Shown: one piece after another, positions 1 through 13,682 of the stretch
How the letters are laid out: each line of letters starts with the position of its first letter
How positions within the stretch are numbered: the first letter of the stretch is position 1
Source of the DNA: Leucoraja ocellata
Taxonomy: Eukaryota
Reading direction: 5' to 3'
Assembly (NCBI GenBank): GCA_036785375.1
Contig: JAWMAR010000062.1
Span: 7,440,001-7,504,000 of the forward strand
DNA: 64,000 nucleotides
The notes under the pieces: generated by a model
The model's database searches: none
The model's input: only the letters and a program-made list of their open reading frames with translations
Told to the model about the DNA's origin: nothing
Translations under genes and position numbers: made by a program

Positions 1-14
1 TTAAGCATCAACGA

Positions 15-290
15 TACAAGGCCAGTATTTATTGCCCTATCTATTTCAGCAGGTTGGATTGCTACAGTTTGTTATTACTGTCAAACTAGTGTCCGGTAAG
101 GATGAAACATTTTCTCCCATACAAAAAAAGCATTAGTGAATCAGACTGTTTTACCTTTTGACAATCCTGTGGTTTATATTTCTAATACCAGATACACGTT
201 TGGAAAGAATTTCAAATTATTCAGAAGTCAGGGTGGGATTTGAAACTGGGCCACATGACCTCCATGTTACCAGTCTAGTAACTTCAATAT
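15..290 (-). mobile_element. Old degenerate SINE fragment
   Basis: Resembles elasmobranch tRNA-derived SINE bodies; reverse B-box-like gggatttgaa at ~234-244; heavily diverged. Confidence 0.4.
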
Positions 291-480
291 TGCACATGCT
301 CCAAGTGGGTTTTTGCATCTACTTCTAGGTGTAACACTGCAGGGAAGATGTAAAGGCCTAAGAGAGGGTGCAGAAGAAATGCAATACATTTATTCCACAA
401 GAGGAATTTAGAATTGCGAATGGACTAAATAAGCTGAAGTTCTTCTTGAGTTTGTTTAGTTTATTGTCACGTGTACTGAG

Positions 481-980
481 GTGCCTCAGTCGCTCGGGCC
501 CGGTGGGCTGGCAGCTCAGTCGTTCGGGCCTGGTGGGCTGGCAGCTCAGTTGTTCGGGCCTGGTGGGCTGGCAGCACAGTCGTTCGGGCCTGGTGGGCTG
601 GCAGCACAGTCGTTCGGGCCTGGTGTTCTGTCACCTCAGTTGCTCGGGCCTGGTGTTCTGTCACCTCAGTCGCTCGAGCCTGGTTAGCTGGCAGCTCAGT
701 CACTCAGGCCTGGTGGGCTGGCAGCCCAGTCACTCGGGGCTGGTAGGGCTGGCAGTCGACCTGCTCACGGTTGGTTGGGCTGGCAGCCGTCTCGCTCACG
801 GCTGGTAAGGCTGGCAGCCGACTCACTCACGACTGGTAAGGCTGGCAGCTGACTCACTCACGGCTGGTGGGCTGGCAGCTGACTTACTCACGGCTGGTAA
901 GGCTGGCAGTTGACTCAAGGCTGTTGGGCTGGCAATTGACACTCACGGCTGGTGAGCTGGCAGTTGACTAACTTGTGGCT
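481..980. repeat. ~30-bp minisatellite (ggcagctcagtcgttcgggcctggtgggct and variants)
   Basis: Directly visible tandem units; they explain the repetitive ORFs at 368-808. Confidence 0.9.
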
Positions 981-1338
981 GGTGGTCACACACACACCCT
1001 CCATCTCACACACACACCCGCCATCAAACACTCACACTCCATCTCACAGACACACACACTCCATCTCTCAGACCCACACACTCCATCTTACAGACACACA
1101 GCCACCATCTCACACACACACACCATCTCTCAACATTCATCACACACTCTCATACACAACATATATATGACAGTAAAACTCTCTGGAATCTACTCATGCG
1201 GTTGAGCGCGGCCTCTCCCCTGAGCGGGACTTCCGCAGTGAGCGGGACTTCTAGAATGAGTGCGACATTCAGTTCAAGCAGCACAATTTGCAGACCAACA
1301 CTTCAATTCAGTTCAAGCAGCATAGTGCAGACTCACAG

Positions 1339-1388
1339 GTTACACAGAAAAGCTGGAGAAACTCAGCGGGTGCAGCAGCATCTATGGA
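1339..1388 (-). mobile_element. Short Penelope-type terminal fragment with 12-bp TSD
   Basis: gcagactcacag flanks the insert at 1327-1338 and 1389-1400; the insert matches 49303-49354 and 51454-51547. Confidence 0.65.
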
Positions 1389-1713
1389 GCAGACTCACAG
1401 TTCAGTTAACTCACAGCGTAGACGCACAGTTCTGGACTCAACTCTCACTCATGGTCTTCTGGGATGACTGACTGACGTCCAGGGCTTTATTCTCCTGGCC
1501 CCCCGGTAGGGACGTTGCCTTCATCATGGTGACTGATGAGAAGACCAACATGCTGATCTCATGATTTTTTAAACATTCATAACTTTTTTATTATTTCACC
1601 GATGGAAAAAAAACTTGGGGCGGTTGGAGGAGCGGACGGTGAGTAAGATGGTAAAAATTCATAGCAATGTAGGGTAACGTTTTTCTAAAATCTATATACA
1701 ACATACACAGGAA

Positions 1714-1939
1714 TGCCCCTGTCCCACTTAGGGAACCTGAACGGAAACCTCTGGAGACTTTGCGCCCCACCCAAGGTTTCCCTGCGGTTCCCGGAGGTTG
1801 CAGGTGGTTGCTGGAGGTTGCAGGTAGTGGAGGCAGGTAGGGGGACTGACAAAAACCTCCAGGAACCTCACGGAAACCTTGGGTGGGGCGCAATGTCTCC
1901 AGAGGTTTCCGTTCAGGTTTCCTAAGTGGGACAGGGGCA
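1714..1939. mobile_element. PIF/Harbinger-type MITE
   Basis: Long TIRs TGCCCCTGTCCCACTTAGG...CCTAAGTGGGACAGGGGCA; 3-bp TSD GAA at 1711-1713 and 1940-1942; inserted into a Helitron. Confidence 0.85.
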
Positions 1940-2723
1940 GAAGTGTTCAAGATGAGACTTTTAGTAATAGTATAGATAGTGATGGTGCCGATTCAACAGA
2001 TCTTCTATGCAGTAACCATTCTATGTTTCTACAGAGGTAATATAGATGTACATCCAACCCCTCTGGAGGGGTTGTGGGATGTTATATTTTCAGAGCATGT
2101 TTTAATTTGGTGTGAAATTTTATAGAATTGTTTATAAAACAAAATAAATACTGAAAAACTTTGCACAAATCGATGCAATAATATTTTAGCAAACAATAAT
2201 TACAATATTTGTAAGTCATGAATCAATATGAATGTATTTTTGCAGGCTTCAATAAATTACAAAAGCCATGTCCTTCGTACAATGTTTATTGATTGAAGCA
2301 TCCAGTTCATCTCAGTGAAGATGCAACACAAATTTATATAATTGGATATGAGTTCATTATATTTTATGTTTGCAAATTATATCAAAATAGATCTAGAAGA
2401 TTGTAAAAGTGATCTGGTTAGGTGGTAATCCATGCTATAAGAAGATAGATTACATGACGACCACTTGTTTATGCCGTGTTATGCTAAAAACAATTATCAT
2501 CTGTTTCCATGAACACTCACAGGCAGCATAACTAACAAAAATTTGCCAATTCATTCTTCTGCCATGCTATTACTTATTTCCTATACATCTGCCAGCCAAC
2601 ACGGGCTGTTATTTTGTTGGCAATGCAGCTACTGATACCAGTTGTTTGCATTACTTTCTTGTGTGTGAAGAAAGTGCATGAGTTGTATGAGACCAAATTA
2701 AGTTATTGGACAAGTTAGCTATT

Positions 2724-2888
2724 GATGTTTCGGGTAGAGCCCTTCTTCAGCCCTCGGTCTGAAGAATTGTAATGACCCGAAACGTCACCTATTCATTCTA
2801 TCCAGAGATGCTGCCTGTTCCACAACGTTACTCCAGCATTTTGTGTCTATCTTCGGTGTAAACCAGCATCTGCTGTTCCTTCCAACAC
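2724..2888. mobile_element. Penelope-derived terminal element with divergent pair of hammerhead-like motifs
   Basis: Minus CTGAAGAAGGGCTCTACCCGAAACATC (2724-2750); plus CTGAAGA...GAAACGTC (2759-2786); followed by the same 3' tail as 33130-33232. Confidence 0.7.
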
Positions 2889-3030
2889 ACTAACTGTTTT
2901 ATGACCTTTGGTCACTTGGTTGATAAGACCACACAAAAATAAGTAATCCATACCAGAAGCAGTTTGTGTTGGTTCCCAATCTGTGCTCAGTTACCATGGC
3001 ATATCTATTATCAATTATTTTTAGAAATCA

Positions 3031-3115
3031 CTAGACTAAGTGGGGCCCATTGGGTCCTAGCATCACACGGGAGGGCTGGTCATCCAATGCAATATTCCAC
3101 CTCTCCACAATTCCA
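3031..3115 (-). mobile_element. Solo Helitron family A 3' end
   Basis: Minus strand ...GGACCCAATGGGCCCCACTTAGTCTAG|T; homologous to 16560-16623 and 30860-30948. Confidence 0.7.
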
Positions 3116-3154
3116 GATGTAAAAAACAAAGGTTTTCCTCCAGCTTAAATCTTG

Positions 3155-3770
3155 TTTAGTTTATTATTGTCATGTGTACCGAGGTACAGTGCAAAGGTTT
3201 TTATTGTACTATTTAGTCAGCAAAAAGACTATACCTGATTAGAATCAAGCTGTCCACAGTGTACAAATACAGGATAAAGGTAATAGTGTTTAATGCAAGG
3301 TAAAGTCTGATTGAAGACAGTTCAAAGATCTCCAAAGATGGGAGGTCAAGACCACTTACTAGTTGATGAGACGATGGTTCAGTTGCATGATAAAAGCCGG
3401 GGAAACACTATCCCTCAGTCTGGACAAGGGTCTCAACCCGAAACGTCACCCATTCCTTCCATCCAGAGATGCTGCCTGTCCCGCTGAGTTACTCCAGCAT
3501 TTTGTGTCTATCTTTGGTGTAAACCAGCATCTACAGTTCTCTCCTACACAGCAGCTTAGTTTAGTTTAGTTTATTGACGCGTGTACCGAGGTACATTGAA
3601 AACCTTTTTTTGCGTGCTATGCAGTCAGCAGAAAAACAATACATAATTACAATCATATATTAATACAATTAATGCATTCAATCCAATTAATGTATATTAA
3701 TTAATACAATAATACAATTATATAGATAATACATAATTACAATTGAGCCATTCGCAGTGTATAGATACTC
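3155..3770 (-). mobile_element. Rex1-type LINE 3' fragments interrupted by a Penelope-type terminus (3415-3550)
   Basis: Homologous to the 6980-7260 3' UTR; (tttag)n tails. Confidence 0.6.
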
Positions 3771-4867
3771 CTACCTAACCCAAATCAAGACGCCCTTAAG
3801 GTCACAAATGACGGATACCCATCTAGAAGATCAGCTGAAACTGCGTACCTCCATGTTGCAACCAAATATTCAAATGCTTTCCCACAAAAAGCAGTCACAA
3901 CAAAATCATTAAAAGATTAGTTAACTTTTTAACAAAATGATTTCATTTTCTTGAAGTTAGTACATAGTAATTAGATTTTTACAAAATAATGGACATTTTG
4001 AAGTATATCTAATTGAAGTTTCTTGGATGTGGCCTTATTAGATTACAGCTAACTTAATGCGGCATTCCAACATGATAAGATTCCCCACCCCTGAGCTAGA
4101 CCATATTCCTCATTTTAAGGCTGGCAAATGAACACTTCCAGGCTGCTGATTTGATGATGGGTTGAAGGCAGTGAAGCTCAAGCTTTCAAATCCTGGCATG
4201 GGATCAATGTTGCAGCATTTTACCCCCAAATTTAATCAACATGTCCGTCCTGATATTTTCTTGAGCCGATATGACTGAGGTAGATTAATAAGACTACAGA
4301 ATATTTATCTATCCCTCCGCACCCTAGTCCTCTGCACCCTTCACCCACAACCCCTTTACTGCACAGCTTCTACAATAGTCATTAAATCCTTTGCACATCT
4401 AAGACTTTAATTACCAGTGGAGTTTCAAATTCAGTTATTTGTAATGTATTGATTCAGCCTTTGGAAAAGTTAATGGACGTGTCATTAATTGTTTTTGCTC
4501 AGTTATTTTTCACATTGCATTTCAAAGTAACACTTCAAATATTAAGTCTCACTTGAGGCTTTTTAATATTATAATTCCAAGCTTTAGTTCATTATGAAAG
4601 ACAATACCTTTTACCCTTAAGCCACCAATCAATTTAGAAAAGCTGCAAGTTTTCAAAAAACAGATATAATGATTTTTGCACAGCTTGTTCTAGGTCAAAA
4701 AGACTGAGGAAGTAATTGGATACTTTCCAAAAAGAACTTTGTCATCTTTTTTTAATCAAAGGTGGGTGGCAAAATTCTTCAGAACCTTCAAGTTAATGCA
4801 GTTTTATGAATGCTTGAATAAGTTCACATTACATTACAGAGGGAATATTGTTCAGGAACAAGCTATG

Positions 4868-5065
4868 GAGACACAAGAGACTACAGATACTGGAATCTTG
4901 TGCAAAATACAAAGTGCTGTAGGAACTGCAGATCAGGAAGCATCTGAAGAGGGTATGGGCAGGTGACATTTTGGGCTGTGACAATTTTTCAGAAATATTG
5001 CCTATCCATTCTCTCCCCAGATGCAGCCTGACCTGTTGAATTCCTCCAGCACTGTGCTTTGTTCA
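4868..5065. mobile_element. Old palindromic Penelope-type terminal element
   Basis: Two inverted degenerate copies of the gatgctgcctgac...ctccagca tail. Confidence 0.5.
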
Positions 5066-5559
5066 AAAACGGATTACTTGGCCAAGCAAAATTGTGCTGC
5101 TCTTGATCCAGATAAACATCATCTTATTCCTTCTACCACATCTCAGCATTTCAACAACACTTTCTACTATTTGTTCTCCAAAGTGCCTATATAGTTTATT
5201 TTGAAAGGATCCAAGTTATTAGTCTCAATCATCTCTGAAGATAGTAAATCCCATTCATTACCATAAAGAATTTACAGATAATTTCCAAATTAATTTATTA
5301 ATCATCATTTCATTTTTTAATTTCTGACAAACCCTCTTTAATCTGAAATGTTAGCTTTATTTCTCTTCCCACAGATGTGGGCTGATCTGCTGAGTATATC
5401 TTTAGAATTTCCAGCATCTGCAGTTTAGTTTTATTTTCACTTGTTCTTTTATAATCCCTAGTTTTCAATTCTCCCACAAGTCATTGGCATTGACTCAGTG
5501 CAATCTGAGAAGTCTGTGTAGTCACCTCTAACTCTTCTCTTTTTTGAAGGAGAAGGTCA

Positions 5560-5885
5560 TGGAGAGAAGTACGGAATGGAAATAGGCTATTATGCTCACT
5601 GTTTATCCAACCTATCAACCAAACTCACTTTAATCCCAATATTTATTGGCCCCAATATTCTCATCAACTTTCTCCAGTATCTATCACTCATCAACACTAC
5701 AGGCAATTTGCAGTTGCCAGTAACCTACAACCTTCATGTTTTTGCAATGTGTGAGGAAACCAGAGCACCCAGAGAAAAACTCAATCACGGAAGAACATGC
5801 AAACTCCAGAAAGACTGTACTCAAGACTAGGATTGAATTAAAGCCCCTGGATCTGTTAACAACATCTCTACTAGCTGCACCACTG
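5560..5885 (-). mobile_element. Degenerate V-SINE/HE1-like SINE
   Basis: Collinear with the SINE at 52846-53157. Confidence 0.55.
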
Positions 5886-6439
5886 TAGAATATAGAATAG
5901 TACATGGCAGAAACAGGCCCCTTGTCCCACAATATCTGTGCCAATCCTGATGCCAAGTTAAACTGCCTACCCTATCTGATCTCAGTTCCAGAACCATTCT
6001 ATGTACATTTTTTGGTGTACTATTTGGATGTTTTGATGTCCTTTTTGTAATTTGGAAATTGGAAACATGTAAAGTGCTTGTGAGGCCTAAACAAAGTGCT
6101 CATCAACTTTAACGTTTTGAATTCTATGTCACAGTAAGAAATCCCAGCACTTTATTAGTATTGTCAACATTTACTTGTAGCAACTGCAAGACGAGTTCAA
6201 CCATATTCTCTTCTCCTTATTTGTTATACCCATGATTATACCCATCTTTTCGTCTACCTTATTTGTTTCCAAAATACTGAGGTGTACACTGTGTACACAC
6301 TTTCTGTTTCTCCCAACCAAAGTTGCCACTTCTCATAGATTTTTAGCCAATATAAAATCCAGTGTTTTTCACTGTAGCTCGGTACACATAAGAATAAACT
6401 AAACTAAACTGAACTGAAGATGTTCCAATAGAATTCAAC

Positions 6440-6790
6440 ATTGATGACCACCTGACAGTGTGGAAAATTGGCCAAGTTGGACCTGCTCTTTTTTCACAAA
6501 AAGCAGGACAAATCCAATCCAGCTGATTACACCCCAATCAATCCATTCTCCATCATCAGCAAACTGGTGGAAGCTGACGTCAACAGAGCTATTAGGCAGC
6601 ATGTGCTTGCCAATAAAATGCTCACCAGTCCCCAGTTTGGGTTTTGTTAGGACCGTTCTGTTTCAGTCTCATCTTAGCCTTGAAGCAATGGAGATCAAAG
6701 TGCTGACTTCCAGCGATGAGGTAAGAGGAATATCAATTACATGAGCAGAATTTGGTCAAACTAGTCAACAATAAGCCCTGTTAAAACACA
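6440..6790 (+). pseudogene. Old CR1-group LINE reverse transcriptase fragment
   Basis: HKKQDKSNPADYTPINPFSIISKLVE...QFGF resembles the N-terminal NYRPISL...QxGF RT region. Confidence 0.75.
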
Positions 6791-6828
6791 AGGCAATGGC
6801 CACAAAAGGGAAACACTTCCTTTGTGCG

Positions 6829-6970
6829 TGGCACAGTGGCGCAATGATAGAGCTGCTGCCTCACAGAGACTGAGATCCGGGTTCGATCCTGACTACGGGT
6901 GGTGTCTGTTCGTAATTTATTCTCCCTGTGACCACATGGGTTTTCTCTGGGTGTATTTTTCTCTGGGCTC
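6829..6970 (+). mobile_element. tRNA-derived SINE 5' half (HE1/V-SINE-like)
   Basis: A box TGGCGCAATGATAG and B box GGTTCGATCC. Confidence 0.75.
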
Positions 6971-6979
6971 ACATATTGA

Positions 6980-7455
6980 ATTTAGTTTACTTCATTACCG
7001 CCACGTGTGCCGAGGTACAGTGAAAAGCATTTTGTTGCATGCTATCCAGTCAAAGAAATACAGTAAATTAGAATCAAGCTGTCCACAATGTACAGATAAA
7101 GGATAAAGGGCACCAAATTTTGTGCAAGATATAGTCCAATAGAGTCTGATTAAAAATAGTTCAAAGGCGTCCAATGAGGTAGATGGGAGATCAGGACCGC
7201 CCACCGGCTGGTGAGGGGACGGTTCAGCTGCCTGATAATAGCTGGGAAGAAACCGTCCCTGAATCTAGAGGTGTGCATTTTCAAACTTCTATATCTCTTG
7301 CCTGATGGGAGAGGGCAGGAAAGGGAGTGATCAGGGTGAGATTGGTCCTTGAATACACTGGTGGCCTTGCAGAAGCAGGATGAAGTATAGATAGGCTCAA
7401 TAGAAGGGAGGATGGTCTGCTTGATGGTTTTAGGCTACGTCCACTACTCTCTGTT
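6980..7455 (-). mobile_element. Rex1/Babar LINE 3' end
   Basis: Minus translation ...KDQSHPDHSLSCPLPSGKRYRSLKMHTSRFRDGFFPAIIRQLN, typical of the Rex1 C-terminus. Confidence 0.75.
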
Positions 7456-7880
7456 ATTTGGTCTGGGGAGACTTATTGTTTGGTGAGAAGATTTTCTGGT
7501 TGCTTTGTTTGGTTTTTTTTCAGGATAAAACCTATTAATTATGAATTATAATAGTATATAAAATGAGCAAACTCGTTCAATATTAAATTGCCCTGGAGAG
7601 GCCCTAATCCCATTAGAAATGCACTACCAATCTTATAACTTCAATTTTTGTATTTTCTCCTTTGGGCTTTCCACGCATTTACATTTTACTTTCCTCTGTT
7701 ATATAGAGGAATAATATGTGCACCATAAAGTATGACACTTGTGTAACTATTTCATTTCATATGCTATTGGCTACAATCAGCACCATTCACAAGCTGTCAA
7801 ATTTTGAGGGCCTACAGCAGTTTTTATTAGATCAATCCTGTCTTTTTAAATTGATGTAACCTACTTAGTAGATGTTGTTA

Positions 7881-9035
7881 TTGTAGTAAATCTGTATTAA
7901 CATAATGCTGCAGAGGAATTGCAACATATGAATTGAAGAAAATGCTGAAAGATAAAGAAATAGAAATAATTATTCTCTCTCTGAGTGAATCGAAAAAATA
8001 AATGCAAAAGATGGCTGAATTTAATTTTTGTTTTAACATGGAGAGGCATAAGAATGAGGTACAACCAGGGGCAAATTTGACAACACACAAGCTATTTCAC
8101 AAATTGATTCCTGAAAGGCTTGAAGATATTCAATGGATACAAATTAAATATTTACATGTTGGAAATCTGACATGAGGACATTAAATGCTGGAAATATGTT
8201 TCGGGTCGGGCAGCATCTGTGGAGAGAGTAGTAGAGCTGGTATTTTGGGTCAGAAGTGAAATGATGTTTAAGTTGTGGTGAAAGGTCCTGGAACTTCATC
8301 ATTTGAGAGGGTAACTTAGGTCCATGATATGCATATGGAGAATCACCAGACACTAATAGTCCAAGAGAGATGAGTAATCCATGAGGATAGTCCAAGTATC
8401 AGTTCCTCAAGTAAGTGTTTAGTTTGCTTTTGTTTCATTTAGTTTAGAGATACAGCATGGAAACAGGCCCTTCGGTCCGCCGGGTCTGCGCCGACTAGCG
8501 ATCCCCACATATTAACACTATCCTGCACACAGTAGGGACAATCTTTACATTTACCAAGCCAAAAACCTGTACATCTTTGGAGAGTGGGAGGAAACCGAAG
8601 ATCTCAGTGTAAACCAACGCGGTCAGGGGGGGGGGGGGGAACGTAAAACTCTGAACAGACAGCACCTGTAGTCGAGATCTAACACGGTTCTCTGGCGCTG
8701 CAAGTGCTGTAAGGCAGCAACTCTACCGCTGTGCCACCGCGAACGCCCACGGTGTCTCCTACAATCATTATTTCTGAGTTCATTTTCAGGTTTCTACATC
8801 TTCAAGCCTTTGTGGATTCAATTCATGAAATATTTAGTGCAGTCAAAGTTTCCTCTGACTGCATTCACTCTCATGCCACTTCACGCCTAAACAAACAAAA
8901 TTCAGCTCTCTTGTATTTATTTTTGGATTCACTTGGGTGATATTAATTATTTCAGTTTCCTTATCTTTTAGCATTGTCTTCAATTCATATACTGCAATTC
9001 TTCAGAAGCATTATGTGAACACTGGTTTACCACAA
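7881..9035. repeat. Ancient inverted repeat; ~250-bp arms at 7881-8127 and 8798-9035
   Basis: The arms align collinearly as reverse complements (e.g. atatgaattgaaga, aaggcttgaagat), roughly 70% identical by eye. Confidence 0.8.
8420..8740 (-). mobile_element. HE1/V-SINE-like SINE, near full length
   Basis: tRNA-like head on the minus strand, V-domain-like core, CR1-type tail and (ctaaa)n. Confidence 0.8.
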
Positions 9036-10609
9036 GTGGGGAAAATCAGATATGTTCACACAGCAGCACAGCTCAGGCCTCGTTTAAACTGTTTATTAAA
9101 CCTGATTACGTCACAAATAGAATAATATAAATATAAGTACCACAAATAACATTGTATTACTTGAAATTACTGAGGGGATAACATAGAATTCCACGTTTGT
9201 CCAATCTCTCCATATAGTTAATACTCCCTAATCCAGGCAGCATCCTGTTCTTGCTTCAAACTTGTCTATAAAACTGCAGCAAGTAAGAATCTCATTGTCT
9301 GTTTCCTATCATATGACAAATAAACACTCTTGAAAGTTGACACTTGCAGAGATTGACTACATATAGTCCCATGGTCATTAAAATTCACAACAGCCATTCC
9401 CCATTGCTTTCTGCTACCTGGACAATATGTTATCCAACATTTCCTACATTTCTATGAATCCCATGGGTTTTTGAAAAGCAAACCGATTTTACAGTACTCG
9501 CATCAAATTAGTGTTGCGTGAGGATTGATGTTTGCGACTGTGCCTGCACTGCTTACCATTGGTGCGTGCACACAGCATATACATTACCTCACTATCTTCT
9601 TGTCTGAGGTCAATTGTCATTGTAAATAACAATGTGAATCACAATTGAAATCCGATGCACATTGCACTCAAAGCATTCGGAAAAATAAAGTGATTCAATC
9701 CAAGCTTTGAACTTCCCCCCCCAAACATTATTCAAGCAAAGAATGCTAGATAAACAATTTTCTTAGATCTGCACATTTTGAGGGTTGTGAGATTAAAATT
9801 AAACCTATTTCTTGTTCTAACAATTAGTTTACATTGCTAAACTTTTGTAAACATACGTTGCATTTTTCTTTGATTTGGACACAACAGACGAAACACATTC
9901 CACTAATTAATTATGCAGTAACTATGGCAACCTTTATACCTTATGGAAAAACACAACAGATCTCAAGTAATCAGTTTTTCTCTTTCTACATGAAGCAACA
10001 CTGTGGCTGTATTTGTGAAACGTTCAAACAAAAGCTGACAGTATGAATAAATACTGGAAATAAAATTTAGGAAAATAATAGATTATACCGATAATGTAAA
10101 TTTGAATTTGTTTATGAATTTGTCTAGAAGTAGAGGCAGGAATATCAGTGTGTATGTGGAATCACATTTTGGTTTACAGTTAGAATTAAATACGTGTGTA
10201 CGGAACTGAGTGTGTACATCCATATGTATGCGTTTACCTGTACTTCCATACTACATATGCAATGAATGATAATTTGTGAAAGAAAATAGCACAACATGTT
10301 GTAAGATTCCTGTGCTGGGAGAATGTCCCTGAACTAATTATTTTGGGGAATCTTGCACTTGAAACATTGTCTATCCATTCCTTCCACTCACTGAGTTATT
10401 CCAACAGGTTTTGTTTCAAGATTCCAACCTGCAATTCCTTGTGTCTCTATTGCTTTTGAAATTAATTTCATGATGAATAATATCCAAGAAGACAATAACA
10501 TAGTCACGGAAATTATAGAGTGGGCAAGAAATTTGATTTATGATTGGCTCTTTTTAGGTCAAGAAGAAGAAGAATTTAAGACAATAATTTAAGACAATAA
10601 ACAGAGAAT

Positions 10610-13513
10610 AAGAGAGGGTGGGTTTCTTAAATGTGTATATTTTAATGCTAGGAGCATTGTAAGAAAGGTGGATGAACTTAGTGCCTGGATTGACACCTGG
10701 AAGTATGATGTTGTGGCGATCAATGAAACATGGTTGCAAGAGGGCTGTGATTGGAAACTAAATATTCCAGGATTTTGTTGCTTCAGGTGTGATAGAATTG
10801 GAGGGGCAAGAGGTGGAGGTGTTGTATTGCTTATCAGGGAAGATATTACAGCAGTGCTTTGGCAGGATAGATTAGAGGGCTCGTCTAGGGCGGCTATTTG
10901 GGTGGAACTGAGAAATGGGAAAGGGATAGCAACACATAGGGGTGTATTATAGACCACCAAATGGGGAGCGAGAATTGGAAGAGCAAATAGGTAAGGAGAT
11001 TGCCGATATTAGTAGTAAGCACAAGGTAGTGATTGGGGGAGATTTCAATTTTCCACACATAGACTGGGAAACACATTCTGTAAATGGGCTGGATGGGTTG
11101 GAGTTTATAAAATGTGTGCAGGATAGTTTTCTGCAGCAATACATAGAAGTACCTACTAGAGAAGGGGCGGTGCTGGACCTCCTGTTAGGAAATGGGATGG
11201 GTCAGGTGGCAGAGGTATGCATTGGGGAACAGTTCGGGACCAGTGATCATAATACCATTAGTTTCAATTTAATTATGGAGAGGGTCAGAACTGGACCTAG
11301 GGTTGAGATTTTTGATTGGAGAAAGGCTAACTTTGAGGAGATGAGAAATGATTTAAAAGGAGTAAATTGGGAGAGTTTGTTTTATGGGAAAGATGTAGAA
11401 GAGAAATGGTGGACATTTAAAGGTGAAATTTTAAGAGTACAGAATCTTTATGTCCCTGTTCGGTTGAAAGGAAATAGTAAAAATTGGAAAGAGCCATGGT
11501 TTTCAAGGGAAATTGGACACTTGGTTCGGAAAAAGAGAGAGACCTTCAATAATTATAGGCAGCATGGAGTAAATGAGGTGCTTGAGGAGTATAAAGAATG
11601 TAAAAAGAATCTTAAGAAATAAATTAGAAAAGCTAAAAGATGATATGAGGTCGCTTTGGCAAGTAAGGTGAAAGTAAATCCAAAGGGTTTCTACAGATAT
11701 ATTAATAACAAAAGGATAACGAGGGTTAAAATTGGTCCATTAGAGAGTCAGAGTGGACAGCTATCTGCAGAGCCAAAAGAGATGGGGGAGATATTGAACA
11801 ATTTATTTTCTTCGGTGTTCTCCAAGGAGAATGATATTGAATTATGTGAGGTAAGGGAAACAAGTAGTGTAGCTATGGAAACTATGAGATTCAAAGAAGA
11901 GGAAGTACTGACACTTTTGAGAAATATAAAAGTGGATAAGTCTCCAGGTCCGGACAGGATATTCCCTAGGACATTGAGGGAAGTTAGTGTAGAAATAGCA
12001 GGGGCTATGACAGAAATATTTCAAATGCCATTAGAAACAGGAATAGTACCGGAGGATTGGCGTACTGCGCATGTTGTTCCATTGTTTAAAAGTGGTCTAA
12101 GAGTAAACCTAGCAATTATAGACCTGTTAGTTTGACGTCAGTGGTGGGCAAATTAATGGAAAGGATACTTATAGATAATATATATAAGCATCTGGATAAA
12201 CAGGGTCTGATTAGGAACAGTCAATATGGATTTGTGCCTGGAAGGTCATGTTTGACTAATCTTCTTGATTTTTTTGAAGAGGTTACTCGGGAAATTGATG
12301 AGGGTAAAGCAGTGGATGTTGTATATATGGACTTCAGTAAGACCTTTGACAAGGTTCCTCACGGAAGGTTGGTTCAGAAGGTTCAATTGTTGGGTATTAA
12401 TGGTGGAGTAGCAAGATGGATTCAACAGTGGCTGAATGGGAGATGCCAGAGAGTAATGGTGGATGGCTGTTTGTCAGGTTGGAGGTCAGTGACTAATGGG
12501 GTGCCACAGCGATCTGTGTTGGGTCCACTGTTGTTTGTCATGTACATAAATGATCTGGATGACGGTGTGGTAAATTGGATTAGTAAGTATGCAGATGATA
12601 CTAAGATAGGTGGGGTTGTGGATAATGAAGTAGATTTTCAAAGTCTACAGAGAGATTTATGCCAGTTGGAAGAGTGGGCTGAAAGATGGCAGATGGAGTT
12701 TAATGCTGATAAGTGTGAGGTGCTACATCTTGGCAGGACAAATCAAAATAGGGCGTACATGGTAAATGGTAGGGAATTGAAGAATGCAGGTGAACAGAGG
12801 GATCTGGGAATAACTGTGCACAGTTCCCTGAAAGTGGAATCTCGTGTAGATAGGGTGGTAAATAAAGCTTTTGGTGTGCTGGCCTTTATAAATCAGAGCA
12901 TTGAGTATAGAAGTTGGGATGTAATGTTAAAATTGTACAAGGCATTGGTGATGCCAATTCTGTAGTATGGGGTACAATTTTGGTCGCCTAATTATTGGAA
13001 GGATGTCAAAACAATAGAGAGAGTACAGAGGAGATTTACTAGAATGTTGCCTGGGTTTCAGCAACTAAGTTACAGAGATAGGTTGAACAAGTTAGGGCTT
13101 TATTCTTTGGAGCGCAGAAGGTTAAGAGGGGGCTTGATAGAGGTCTTTAAAATTATGAGAGGGATAGACAGAGTTGACGTGGATAAGCTTTTCCCACTGA
13201 GAGTAGGGAAGATTCAAACAAGGGGACATGACTTGAGAATGAAGGGACAGAAATTTAGGGGTAACATGAGGGGGAACTTCTTTACTCAGAGAGTGGTGGC
13301 TGTGTGGAATGAGCTTCCAGTGAAGGTGGTGGAGGCAGGTTTGTTTTTATCATTTAAAAATAAATTGGATAGTTATATGGACGGGAAAGGAATGGAGGGT
13401 TATGGCCTGACCGCAGATAGATGGGACTAGGGGAGAATACGTGTTCGGCATGGACTAGAAGGGTCGAGATGGCCTGTTTCCGTGCTGTAATTGTTATATG
13501 GTTATATGGTTAT
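10610..13513 (+). mobile_element. CR1 (HER1-like) LINE, ORF2 APE endonuclease + RT, inactivated
   Basis: FNARSI, ETWL, YRPP, GDFN, SDH, NYRP, QYGF, GVPQ and YADD motifs across ORFs 10668-13430; stops at 11620, 11641 and 12963 plus frameshifts; (gttatatg)n tail. Confidence 0.95.
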
Positions 13514-13682
13514 AAAATTGGGCCAGGTATCTGTGCATTCCTCTGGTTACATTGTTTGGCAAAGATGCTGAATTTATTTCAGTAAGCATCTGCTAGACAG
13601 TGCATGCCATTGTGAATTTGTGGAATTCAGCCCATAACCACAATTTGATGATGGTACTGCCAGTTGAAATCCTATACTCCTT

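Larger units (their letters stand above)
481..1976 (-). mobile_element. Non-autonomous Helitron-like element, family A (3' end missing)
   Basis: Minus strand begins A|TCTATACTATTACTAAAAGTCTCATCTTG at 1976, matching the 5' ends at 14791, 17212 and ~28218. Its internal repeats are reverse complements of those at 30300-30750. Confidence 0.7.

Noticed and set aside
368-808. 146-aa repetitive ORF and overlapping ORFs
   Set aside because: By-product of a 30-bp minisatellite inside a Helitron-like element.
481-980. CRISPR-like regular repeats (also 29640-29882 and 48620-49260)
   Set aside because: Contiguous tandem units without unique spacers, no cas genes, eukaryotic context.
6829-6900. tRNA gene candidates
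   Set aside because: The A/B boxes belong to SINE heads that continue into SINE bodies; no full cloverleaf.
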